Assembly: GCA_031372065.1 (NCBI GenBank)
Contig: JANMKN010000365.1
Location: 1 to 15,782, forward strand
Direction of reading: 5' to 3'
Origin: Abditibacteriaceae bacterium
Lineage (GTDB): Bacteria; Armatimonadota; Abditibacteriia; Abditibacteriales; Abditibacteriaceae
DNA: 15,782 bases
Made by a program: the position numbers and the translations under genes. Positions within the stretch are counted from its first letter, which is position 1. Every line of letters begins with the position of its first letter. The notes beneath the pieces were generated by a model. That model saw only the letters and a list, made by a program, of their open reading frames with translations, had not been told where the DNA came from and did no database searches. Positions 1-7,425 of the stretch are shown one piece after another.

Positions 1-92
1 CAAAAGCCTCGTAAACGAGGCTGAATTTACAGTTTTCAGCCTCGTTTACGAGGCTTTTGGCTCCTTTCAACCCACTCGTTTACGGGTGGGTT
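1..92. repeat. REP-like composite palindromic element: 25-bp perfect inverted repeat whose arms are themselves hairpins, plus a third related hairpin
   Basis: 1-25 CAAAAGCCTCGTAAACGAGGCTGAA is the exact reverse complement of 35-59. Each arm contains AGCCTCG-TAAA/TTTA-CGAGGCT. 69-92 AACCCACTCG-TTTA-CGGGTGGGTT has the same CGTTTACG core with one mismatch. May be truncated by the window edge. Confidence 0.8.
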
Positions 93-114
93 ATAAGTAG
101 CAACTTGAGTTAAT

Positions 115-972
115 TTACTTTTTCCCAAACGCCTGTGCGACTTCTTCAAGTAAGTGTTCGCGTTCGTGTTCGAGCGGCGCGGGACGATTTAATTTGGCGG
201 CAAGGCGGGTGACTAACGATTCGCCGAGGCGTTTGCGGGCGGCTTCGGGCAAAGTTTCGCGGCGCGCTAAAAAGTCGCGCACCAGTTCGTAATCTTCCTG
301 ACTGAGTTTCATGCGAATCGCGGCGCTGGCGGGGTCAATGTCAACTTCCGGTGCAGTTTCAACAGCGGCAATCGGTGTGTCGGCTTGCGTTTCTGGACGC
401 GGCGTTTCCTGTGGATTGAGAAAGGTTTCGATGGCTTCGCTGATGGTTAGCACAGGCCGTTTTTCGGAGCCGCGCCGCTCACGCGCGACAATCGTGCCTG
501 CCACTTGATCGCCGATGCGTTGATTATGGATATTCAGCATGGCGAACAGCGAACCGGCACCATAAAGAAACGGCATAAAATCAATAATACGCAGCAGATT
601 GCGCACGAAAACCGGCCACCACGTCGCGGGCATTCCCGTCGCGTGAATGACGCGCAAACCCAGCCAGCGCTTGCCCGGCGTTTGTCCGGCCCACAGCCAC
701 TCAAAGATGAAAAAATAGGCGTAAAAAAGAAAAAAAACGACAATGCTAAACAGCGCTTTAGCGACGCCGAAAATGTATTCCGTCCATTCGGCAAAGTCCA
801 CGCCGCCCATGATGTAATAGGCGAGCAGGGTCAGAACAAAAAACGAAAAAATCTGAATGCTCATGTCAATCATGACCGCCGCGAAGCGTGAGCCGAGACC
901 TGCCGTTTCCACTTGAAACTCAATGTTTTCAGCGGAAAGAATGGCAATGTCGTCGTCCCAATGAGCTTTCAT
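115..972 (-). CDS. RDD family membrane protein
   Basis: AGLGSRFAAVMID, GQTPGKRWLGLRV, RNLLRIID and QRIGDQVAGTIV are typical RDD-domain motifs with hydrophobic helices; soluble C-terminal extension. Confidence 0.88.
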   Translation of the reverse strand: MKAHWDDDIAILSAENIEFQVETAGLGSRFAAVMIDMSIQIFSFFVLTLLAYYIMGGVDFAEWTEYIFGVAKALFSIVVFFLFYAYFFIFEWLWAGQTPGKRWLGLRVIHATGMPATWWPVFVRNLLRIIDFMPFLYGAGSLFAMLNIHNQRIGDQVAGTIVARERRGSEKRPVLTISEAIETFLNPQETPRPETQADTPIAAVETAPEVDIDPASAAIRMKLSQEDYELVRDFLARRETLPEAARKRLGESLVTRLAAKLNRPAPLEHEREHLLEEVAQAFGKK

Positions 973-1047
973 GAGGTTATGAGGTGGTTGGGTTGTTAGG
1001 TGATTAGGTCGTTGATTTAATCACCTAACAACCTAACAACCTCATAA
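971..1047. repeat. Inverted 8-bp microsatellite (GGTTGTTA-like / TAACAACC-like) hairpin filling the pepA-RDD spacer
   Basis: 977-1006 pairs with 1018-1047 (30 bp, 2 mismatches; 991-1006 vs 1018-1033 is perfect). Both arms are built of 8-nt units. Confidence 0.85.
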
Positions 1048-2526
1048 ATCTTTCAGTAATTCTATCGTCAGTCGCACGCCGAAGCCTGTCGCGCCGCGCG
1101 CTGTGAGAAATCGCTCATCGCGCACTAAAGAGAGCGCGGCGATGTCGAGATGGCACCACGGAATGGTTTCTTCCACAAAGGCTTCCAAGAAAACCGCGCC
1201 CGCGATGCTGCCCGCGCCGCGTTCTTGTCCGAGATTTTTTAAGTCGGAAATGGTGCCTTTGACGTGTTCTTTGTATTCGTCCCACATCGGAAACGGCCAC
1301 AAGGGTTCGCCGACTTTTGTGCCGGCGGCGATGGTTTTTTCCTGCAATTCCTGCCCGGCTTCGTTGGCGAAAATTCCCGCCGCTTCTTGTCCCAGTGCCA
1401 CACGCACCGCACCGGTGAGCGTGGCGTAATCGAGAACTGCTGCCGGTTTCAATTCGCTGACATAGCTCAACGCGTCGGCCAGAATGAGGCGGCCTTCGGC
1501 GTCGGTATTTAGCACTTCGATAGTTTTGCCGTTGCGCGCTGTTACGATGTCGCCGGGGCGTTGGGCGCGGCCCGAAATCATGTTTTCCGCCGAGGGCACC
1601 ACGCCTATCACGCGTTTGGCAAAATTCAAATCGCGCAAGGCGCTGAGGACGGCCAAAACCACAGCAGCGCCCGCCATGTCGTCCTTCATTTCTTCCATGC
1701 TGGTCGAAGGTTTGATGGAATAACCGCCGGAATCGAAAGTCATGCCTTTGCCGACTAAAACAATCGGCGCGTCGTTTTCGGTTCCGGCGGGCGCGTGTTC
1801 GAGAATGATAAAACGCGACGGATTATCGCTGCCCATGCCGACAGCGTAGAGCGCGCCCATTTTGGCGGCTTGAATTTCGTATTCGTCCCAAACTTCGCAG
1901 CGCAAATCGTTTTCCTGCGCGATAATGCGCGCCGCGTTCGCTAAAAAGTCCGGCGATTTGGTGTTGGACGGCGCATTGACCCACGCGCGGGCACGCAGAT
2001 TGGCCTGCGCGATAGTTTGGGCGCGCGCAAGAGCATCGCTGCAATCGTCGCCGGTTAAAATCGTCAGAGAATCCAGCGATTTTATGATTTTCGATTCTTC
2101 GTCGGTTTTGAAATCGTTGTAAACGTGCAAGCCCAAAATCGCCGCTTCGGTGGCCGCGCCCGCTAAATCGGCAGGGGAAAAATCGCTTTCCGGCAAGGCT
2201 AAAGCAGCGTCGGATTTTTTCAGCGAACGCACAGCGCGCGCGCCTTTGCTAACCGCCTTGCGCCATTTGTTGAGGTCGAATTTCTCGCGCTTGCCGATGC
2301 CGAGCAAGATGGTGCGCGGCGCGGCAATCGCGCCTTGTGTATAAAGCACACGCGTCTCGCCGACGGAGCCTTTGAAGCCTTCTTCGGCGACTTGCGCGAC
2401 AAGGCCACCGAGTTTTTCGTTCAATTCGGCAGCAGTGGCAGAAAGGTCTTCACCTTGAAAAATCGGCACAAGAAGGCACGGTGTTTCGGTTTCCAGCGGT
2501 TTGCTTGCTTTGGTTTCAATTTGCAT
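1042..2526 (-). CDS. pepA: Leucyl (cytosol) aminopeptidase, peptidase M17
   Basis: GKGMTFDSGG, MKDDMAGAA and the diagnostic NTDAEGRL motif; 494 aa with an M17 N-terminal domain. Confidence 0.95.
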   Translation of the reverse strand: MQIETKASKPLETETPCLLVPIFQGEDLSATAAELNEKLGGLVAQVAEEGFKGSVGETRVLYTQGAIAAPRTILLGIGKREKFDLNKWRKAVSKGARAVRSLKKSDAALALPESDFSPADLAGAATEAAILGLHVYNDFKTDEESKIIKSLDSLTILTGDDCSDALARAQTIAQANLRARAWVNAPSNTKSPDFLANAARIIAQENDLRCEVWDEYEIQAAKMGALYAVGMGSDNPSRFIILEHAPAGTENDAPIVLVGKGMTFDSGGYSIKPSTSMEEMKDDMAGAAVVLAVLSALRDLNFAKRVIGVVPSAENMISGRAQRPGDIVTARNGKTIEVLNTDAEGRLILADALSYVSELKPAAVLDYATLTGAVRVALGQEAAGIFANEAGQELQEKTIAAGTKVGEPLWPFPMWDEYKEHVKGTISDLKNLGQERGAGSIAGAVFLEAFVEETIPWCHLDIAALSLVRDERFLTARGATGFGVRLTIELLKDL

Positions 2527-2529
2527 TTT

Positions 2530-3297
2530 TCAATCCACGCGGGTCAAAATTTCGGGGCCATCTGAAAGAATAGCGACGGTGTGTTCGTAGTGCGCCGACA
2601 GGCTGCCGTCGGCGCTGACATAAGTCCATTTATCATCGAGTTGCGTCACGTCGTCGGTGCCTTCGTTGACCATTGGTTCGATGGCGATGACCATGCCGGG
2701 CCGCAGTTTGGCACCTTCGCCGGGTTCGCCGTAATTGGGCACTTGCGGTTCTTCCCACAAGGTGCGGCCCACGCCGTGGCCGACCAAGCCTTTGACGATG
2801 GCGTAGCCGTGCATTTCGACGTGCGTTTGCACAGCATGGCCAATATCGCCGACATGATTGCCCACTTTGGCCTGCGCGATGCCCAAATAAAGCGCTTCGG
2901 ATGTGATACGCATCAAGCGTTTAGCGCGGTCAGAAAGTTCGCCCGCACCAAAGGTTCCTGCCGTATCGCCGATGAAACCGTTGAGCAATGTGCCGACATC
3001 CAGCGACACGACATCGCCGTTGTCAAACGGGCGATTATTCGGGATGCCATGCACTACAGCTTCGTTGACCGAAACGGTGATGCAATTCGGATAAATGGCG
3101 TTGTTGTGGCCGCGCTTGCCCAAAAAAGGCGAACGCGCGCCCGCTTCTTCCAGCAAACGACGCGCGATGCGGTCTAATTCGATTGGCGTGACGCCCACGG
3201 CAGTTTCTTCGCCGAGGCGCACCAAAATGCGCTGGGCCAACTGGCCGCTTTTGCGCATTAATTTCAGTTCAGGACGACTTTTTAATTTGATTCCCAT
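2530..3297 (-). CDS. map: Type I methionine aminopeptidase
   Basis: SVNEAVVHGIP, LDVG...GDTA, GHGVG, IEPM and AHYEHT supply the D/D/H/E/E metal ligands. Start taken at ATG 3297 (MGIKLKS); the ORF track extends to 3306. Stop lies 3 nt upstream of the pepA start. Confidence 0.95.
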   Translation of the reverse strand: MGIKLKSRPELKLMRKSGQLAQRILVRLGEETAVGVTPIELDRIARRLLEEAGARSPFLGKRGHNNAIYPNCITVSVNEAVVHGIPNNRPFDNGDVVSLDVGTLLNGFIGDTAGTFGAGELSDRAKRLMRITSEALYLGIAQAKVGNHVGDIGHAVQTHVEMHGYAIVKGLVGHGVGRTLWEEPQVPNYGEPGEGAKLRPGMVIAIEPMVNEGTDDVTQLDDKWTYVSADGSLSAHYEHTVAILSDGPEILTRVD

Positions 3298-3357
3298 GCT
3301 ATGCAATTTCTGCCGATGTTTCTCGGCGTGCGAGCGCAGTTTAGCGAAACAGACGGC

Positions 3358-3394
3358 AAAAAACCGGAAGTGCCGCGCGCCACTTCCGGTTTTT
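3358..3394. terminator. Intrinsic terminator downstream of the 3408-4004 gene (symmetrical A/T tracts)
   Basis: AAAAACCGGAAGTG (3359-3372) / CACTTCCGGTTTTT (3381-3394) perfect 14-bp inverted repeat; U-tract on either strand. Confidence 0.85.
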
Positions 3395-3407
3395 AACGAA
3401 AATTTAT

Positions 3408-4004
3408 TTAATTGGTGGTTTGCGCGGGCACGAAGAAATTGCCCGCCGGCGTGCCGATGCCTAAACCGGCCTGATTGCGCGGAAAGGGCGTGTTCTGTGG
3501 CACATTGCCGAAATTGCGATTCCCGTTGTTGAAGGTGGTTTGCGGTGAGCCGCTTCCACTTCCGAAACCATTGCCAAAGGTATTGTTTTGCGGAAACATG
3601 AAACCATTGCCGCCGTTGGAACCGTTGTTGTTATTGGTGAATCCGCCATTGTTGAAGCCGTTATTGCCGCCAGCGCCAAAGTTTTGACCGCCGTTGTTGA
3701 AACCGCTGTTCATTGAAGGCGGCATAACGAGTTGCTCGGTGGAAATCACCGTGGCACCGAAAAGGTAGGCCATCACGCGTGGGCTGATGTGTTTGAGTTG
3801 AAAAGCCGCATAACGCTTGCTGCCATCGTCTTCGCGCGATTCGGTCAGCACAGAGTTATTGTGTTCCAAAGCAATCATGCGATTGACGCCATTGGGCAAG
3901 GGAAACACGCCGCCTTGCGTGTTGTTGGTATTCGGACGATTAGTTTGAGCAAATGCGGCGCTGCTGATTAAAGCTGTCGCCAAAACGAAAACGGTAGATT
4001 TCAT
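3408..4004 (-). CDS. Secreted hypothetical protein with Asn/Gly/Phe-rich low-complexity C-terminal half
   Basis: AAGGAG Shine-Dalgarno upstream of the ATG; Sec signal MKSTVFVLATALISSAAFA|Q; followed by a terminator. Confidence 0.85.
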   Translation of the reverse strand: MKSTVFVLATALISSAAFAQTNRPNTNNTQGGVFPLPNGVNRMIALEHNNSVLTESREDDGSKRYAAFQLKHISPRVMAYLFGATVISTEQLVMPPSMNSGFNNGGQNFGAGGNNGFNNGGFTNNNNGSNGGNGFMFPQNNTFGNGFGSGSGSPQTTFNNGNRNFGNVPQNTPFPRNQAGLGIGTPAGNFFVPAQTTN

Positions 4005-4110
4005 AACTTCTTACTCCTTTGCGGTGCCCCGGTTTTCCTCCGACGAGCCTTTACTTTGAGAATGATAGGGCGCAGCGGTTGCGCGAGTTTGCAGAACAAG
4101 CGGCTTAGGC

Positions 4111-4309
4111 GGCAACCGTAAGGCACTCGCGCCCATCTGTAGAGCAGTCAGAGCCATCCGTAGAGTAGTTGGAGGCATACGTAAAGCACGCGGAGGCATC
4201 CGTAGAGCAGTCGGAAGCACCTGTAAAGCAGTTGGGAGCATCCGTAAAGCAGGCAGGGGTATCCGTAAAGCACGCGGGGCCATCCGTAAAGCACGCGGGG
4301 CCATCCGTA
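4111..4309. repeat. Degenerate 21-bp tandem array (about 9.5 units, consensus approx. GSCATCCGTAAAGCANNNGGR)
   Basis: Units start at 4111, 4132, 4153, 4174, 4195, 4216, 4237, 4258, 4279 and 4300 (partial) with exact 21-nt periodicity and no indels. Confidence 0.9.
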
Positions 4310-4422
4310 TGCGATTCCAGCGGTGGCCCAGAGTTCTTTTGCCTGTCTTTATTCCGTCTATCGAGACAATTTGACTGTGCCGCAGCGAATCCCCATCCAT
4401 TACAAAGGAGAGTTAGGATTAC

Positions 4423-4450
4423 GAGCGGCAGCGCCGCTCTTTATTTTTCT
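4423..4450 (+). terminator. GC-rich hairpin with a T-tract on the + strand, abutting the rnz stop
   Basis: GAGCGGC-AGC-GCCGCTC (4423-4439) followed by TTTATTTTTCT on the + strand; no U-tract on the - strand. Confidence 0.5.
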
Positions 4451-5310
4451 GATTTTTCAACCGGCAGAATCCGCTCACGCAGCAACACAAAAACTTCGCA
4501 AGCTGCGCCGTGCTTTTTGAGGCTTTCCTGCGCCACTTTCATGATTTCCGGCGTGCGATAACGTCCCGAAACATGATAAAGCACCAGTGTTTTCACTTGC
4601 GCGGCGACGGCGGTTTGCATCGCTTCGTCCAATGTTGCGTGCCACTGGCTTTTGCGTTCGGCGGCTTCCAACAATGTGGCTTCGTGAAACAGAATTTTCG
4701 CGCCGCGCACGTCATCAGGATTAAGCGCCAAACCATCGCCGCCAAAGGCCGCTAAGATTGCTTTGTAATCTTCACTGAGCGCTGCGCCGCCTGCGGGATG
4801 CGCGGTTGCCAATTGGCGGATTTCGTCTTGCGAAAGCGACGCGAATTCCGGTTTCAATCGGCGGCGCGCTTCGATGATTTTGTAGCCGAGCGTCAAGCGA
4901 TTGGGAATGTGTTGTGTGGCGAAAGTTTGCAGTGTTCGCTTGCCTGTCAAAGGCAAGATCGCGTGCGCTTCCAATGGCGTCCATGTCACTTGAAACGGCA
5001 AGCGTGTGGCAGTTTTTTTGATGTAAGCGATCATATCAAGGACAAAACTATCGCCTTGTGGATAATAGATTTCGAGCGGTTTTTCGTTGTCGCCCATGCC
5101 CGACGCGCGCGACCACAACAGCGACGGCAAACCGGAAATATGATCTATGTGGCCGTGGGTCAGCAGCACTTTTTCAATCGCGTAAGAATTGTTGCCGAGT
5201 GCCGTCGCTGCGCCTTCGCCGCAATCAATTAACAAGCGGTCGGGGCGATAAAAAATCCACGTCGAATAAAGGGCTTTCGAGTGGCCTTGCAGCAAATCTT
5301 GCAGGTTCAT
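4441..5310 (-). CDS. rnz: Ribonuclease Z (tRNase Z, metallo-beta-lactamase fold), Thermotoga-like type
   Basis: THGHIDH metal motif, HEAT motif, downstream HATL and LYHVSGRY. The N-terminal SKALYSTW...GEG...GMGDNEKPLEIYYP matches my recollection of T. maritima tRNase Z. Confidence 0.8.
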   Translation of the reverse strand: MNLQDLLQGHSKALYSTWIFYRPDRLLIDCGEGAATALGNNSYAIEKVLLTHGHIDHISGLPSLLWSRASGMGDNEKPLEIYYPQGDSFVLDMIAYIKKTATRLPFQVTWTPLEAHAILPLTGKRTLQTFATQHIPNRLTLGYKIIEARRRLKPEFASLSQDEIRQLATAHPAGGAALSEDYKAILAAFGGDGLALNPDDVRGAKILFHEATLLEAAERKSQWHATLDEAMQTAVAAQVKTLVLYHVSGRYRTPEIMKVAQESLKKHGAACEVFVLLRERILPVEKSEK

Positions 5311-5316
5311 GGGCGA

Positions 5317-6261
5317 TTAGCGCTGCACCCATTTATAGGCCACCAGCGAGTTTTTCCAGAAGAACTTTTCGGCGACTTCGCGGCCTTTGGCGCCGAAGTA
5401 GTCGTTGACGATGTGGAATTGGTCAGCGTAACTGCCACCTTTTTCGCAAACCGGCCAGTTGCTGCCATAAACCAAGCGGTCTTCCCCAAAACAGTTCCAG
5501 CAATGGTCGAGAATCGGCAGATAATAATCCGTCTCGCGCGGCGCCGAACCATGAGTTTGGTCGGATTGCTCGGTTTGTTCGGTCATCGCCGACACTTTGC
5601 AAAACACATTTGGCATTGCGCCGAGCGCTTTCATGCCGCTTCGCCATTCATCGGTGAGACGTGCGGCGTCGCCCGCGATGCCAACATGATTGATGACAAT
5701 GCGCAGAGCGGGAATCGCGTCGGCTAATTTTGCCGAATGCGAGTGCAGTGACGGCGCGCCGTTGATGTCGAGTTCCAATCCCAAATCGGCCATCAATTTC
5801 ACGCCGCGCTGAAATTCGGGCTTGTCCACCTTATCGAGAAAATCGTTGCCACTAACGCGAATGCCGCGAAAAATCGGGTTGGCGGCGAAACGTTTTAAGT
5901 TTTTGGCGAAATCAGCGTCCTGCGGCAGTAAATGGCCGACAAAACCAACAATGCACGGGTTTTTCGCGGCTAAATCGAGAATCCACTGATTATCTTCGAG
6001 CCAAGAACTGGCTTCGACTATCACCGTTTCGCGAGCGCCATACGGCGCGGCGACTTGCAGCCAGTGTTCGGGCAACGTCGGGCGATAAAGTGACGTGCCT
6101 TTACTTGGAAACGGCACGCCTTCGGGCCGATTTGTGTCGTAAAAATGCGTGTGTGTGTCCACCACGCGCAAAGCCGGAACTGCTTGTGCTAAAACGGGCG
6201 CGGCGACGGTGGCAGCAGCGGCTTGATAAAGAAAAGTGCGACGGCTCATAGTGGGTTTCAT
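5317..6261 (-). CDS. Amidohydrolase family 2 (L-fuconolactonase-like) protein with a Tat signal peptide
   Basis: VVDTHTHFYD, IVINHVG, PNVFCKVS and RLVYGSNWPV motifs; SRRTFL twin-arginine motif followed by a hydrophobic stretch and AQA. Start uncertain (ATG at 6249, 6261 or 6276). Confidence 0.85.
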   Translation of the reverse strand: MKPTMSRRTFLYQAAAATVAAPVLAQAVPALRVVDTHTHFYDTNRPEGVPFPSKGTSLYRPTLPEHWLQVAAPYGARETVIVEASSWLEDNQWILDLAAKNPCIVGFVGHLLPQDADFAKNLKRFAANPIFRGIRVSGNDFLDKVDKPEFQRGVKLMADLGLELDINGAPSLHSHSAKLADAIPALRIVINHVGIAGDAARLTDEWRSGMKALGAMPNVFCKVSAMTEQTEQSDQTHGSAPRETDYYLPILDHCWNCFGEDRLVYGSNWPVCEKGGSYADQFHIVNDYFGAKGREVAEKFFWKNSLVAYKWVQR

Positions 6262-6349
6262 TTCGTGGTTTGGCATTTCGATTGTCGTCACAATTGGAGT
6301 AGGCAACAGTTGAAATGTTACAAATGATGCCACTTTTGGGTAGGCGGTC

Positions 6350-6355
6350 TATACT
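6350..6355 (+). promoter_or_regulatory. Candidate sigma70 -10 box (TATACT) for the glycosyltransferase operon
   Basis: TATACT lies 6 nt upstream of GTG 6362 in a divergent intergenic region with no Shine-Dalgarno. Confidence 0.45.
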
Positions 6356-6361
6356 TCGAAC

Positions 6362-7414
6362 GTGATTGAGCCAGTCAACTCCGAAACCCATGAGGTGCCT
6401 ACTTGGCCCGCTGCATCTGCGCCCTCTGCGTCTGATGAAACCTCCAAAATCGCGCCAAAATTGTCTGTAGTGGTGCCGGTTTACAACGAAGAAGACAATT
6501 TAATACCGTTGCACGGCAAAATTGACGCGGCGCTTTGCAATTTGGGCCTGACTTACGAGATTCTTTACGTTGATGATGGCAGTCGTGACCGCTCGTTCGA
6601 ATTGCTCTCCGAAATCGCCGCGCGTGATGAACGCGCCAAAGTTGTGCGTTTTCGGCGCAATTTCGGACAAACAGCGGCGATGTCGGCGGGCATGAATTAC
6701 GCGAGTGGCGAGGTCATTATTCCTTTAGACGCCGACTTGCAAAACGACCCGGCGGATATTCCGCGTTTGCTGGAAAAGATCAACGAAGGCTACGATGTGG
6801 TTTCGGGTTGGCGCAAAAACCGCAAGGACGACGAAATTCGCAAATTTCCTTCGCGCGTTGCCAATCGTGTGATTTCTAAAGTAACGGGCGTGCATTTGCA
6901 TGATTATGGCTGTTCACTAAAAGCGTATCGCGCCAGCGTCATCAAAGATGTGCATCTTTACGGCGAAATGCACCGTTTTATTCCGGCTTACGCGGCAATG
7001 GTCGGCGGCAAAGTTACCGAAATTGCGGTGGAGCATCATCCGCGCTTTGCGGGCAAAAGCAAATACGGCATGAGCCGTATTTTCCGTGTGATCCTCGATT
7101 TGATGGTGGTCAAGTTTTTGGGTGGCTACGGCAACAAGCCGATTTACTTTTTTGGCGGCATTGGCATCGGCGCGTCCTTGCTGGGCATACTTTGTTGGCT
7201 GATTGCCATCGCCGAGCGATTGCACAAGCCTGAAAATCACATCAACGGCAATCCGCTGTTTTACATTGGAATTCTCTTGTTCGTGCTAAGTGTGCAACTT
7301 GTGATGCTCGGACTGATGGCCGAAATGAATATGCGCACTTACTACGAATCGCAGAAAAAACAGCCTTATGTCGTCGCTGAAACGCGCAACATTGATGGCG
7401 CAAATTCGGTTTGA
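6362..7414 (+). CDS. Glycosyltransferase family 2, polyprenol-phosphate glycosyltransferase (DPM1/GtrB/ArnC-like)
   Basis: LSVVVPVYNEE, VDDGSRD, RNFGQTAA, LDADLQNDP, DVVSGWR, GEMHRFIP; two C-terminal TM helices. Confidence 0.92.
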   Translation: MIEPVNSETHEVPTWPAASAPSASDETSKIAPKLSVVVPVYNEEDNLIPLHGKIDAALCNLGLTYEILYVDDGSRDRSFELLSEIAARDERAKVVRFRRNFGQTAAMSAGMNYASGEVIIPLDADLQNDPADIPRLLEKINEGYDVVSGWRKNRKDDEIRKFPSRVANRVISKVTGVHLHDYGCSLKAYRASVIKDVHLYGEMHRFIPAYAAMVGGKVTEIAVEHHPRFAGKSKYGMSRIFRVILDLMVVKFLGGYGNKPIYFFGGIGIGASLLGILCWLIAIAERLHKPENHINGNPLFYIGILLFVLSVQLVMLGLMAEMNMRTYYESQKKQPYVVAETRNIDGANSV

Positions 7415-7425
7415 CGGGGAGTTTT

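Noticed and set aside
4005..4100. Possible riboswitch (e.g. c-di-GMP-I) in the leader of the Asn/Gly-rich gene
   Set aside because: Only a GCAAAC-like fragment; the paired stems and conserved motifs are not present. An Rfam scan would settle it.
4323..4420. Fragment SVY...PQRIPIHYKGELG resembling GxxExxY-family proteins
   Set aside because: Too short, wrong motif spacing and no GxxExxY motif; cannot be supported as a pseudogene without a search.
4011..4561. ORFs 4011-4400 (-) and 4169-4561 (+) over the 21-bp array
   Set aside because: By-products of the repeat; weak starts, and the + ORF overlaps rnz.
6262..6333. Upstream extension of the amidohydrolase ORF
   Set aside because: Would place the twin-arginine motif far from the N-terminus and fill the divergent promoter region.
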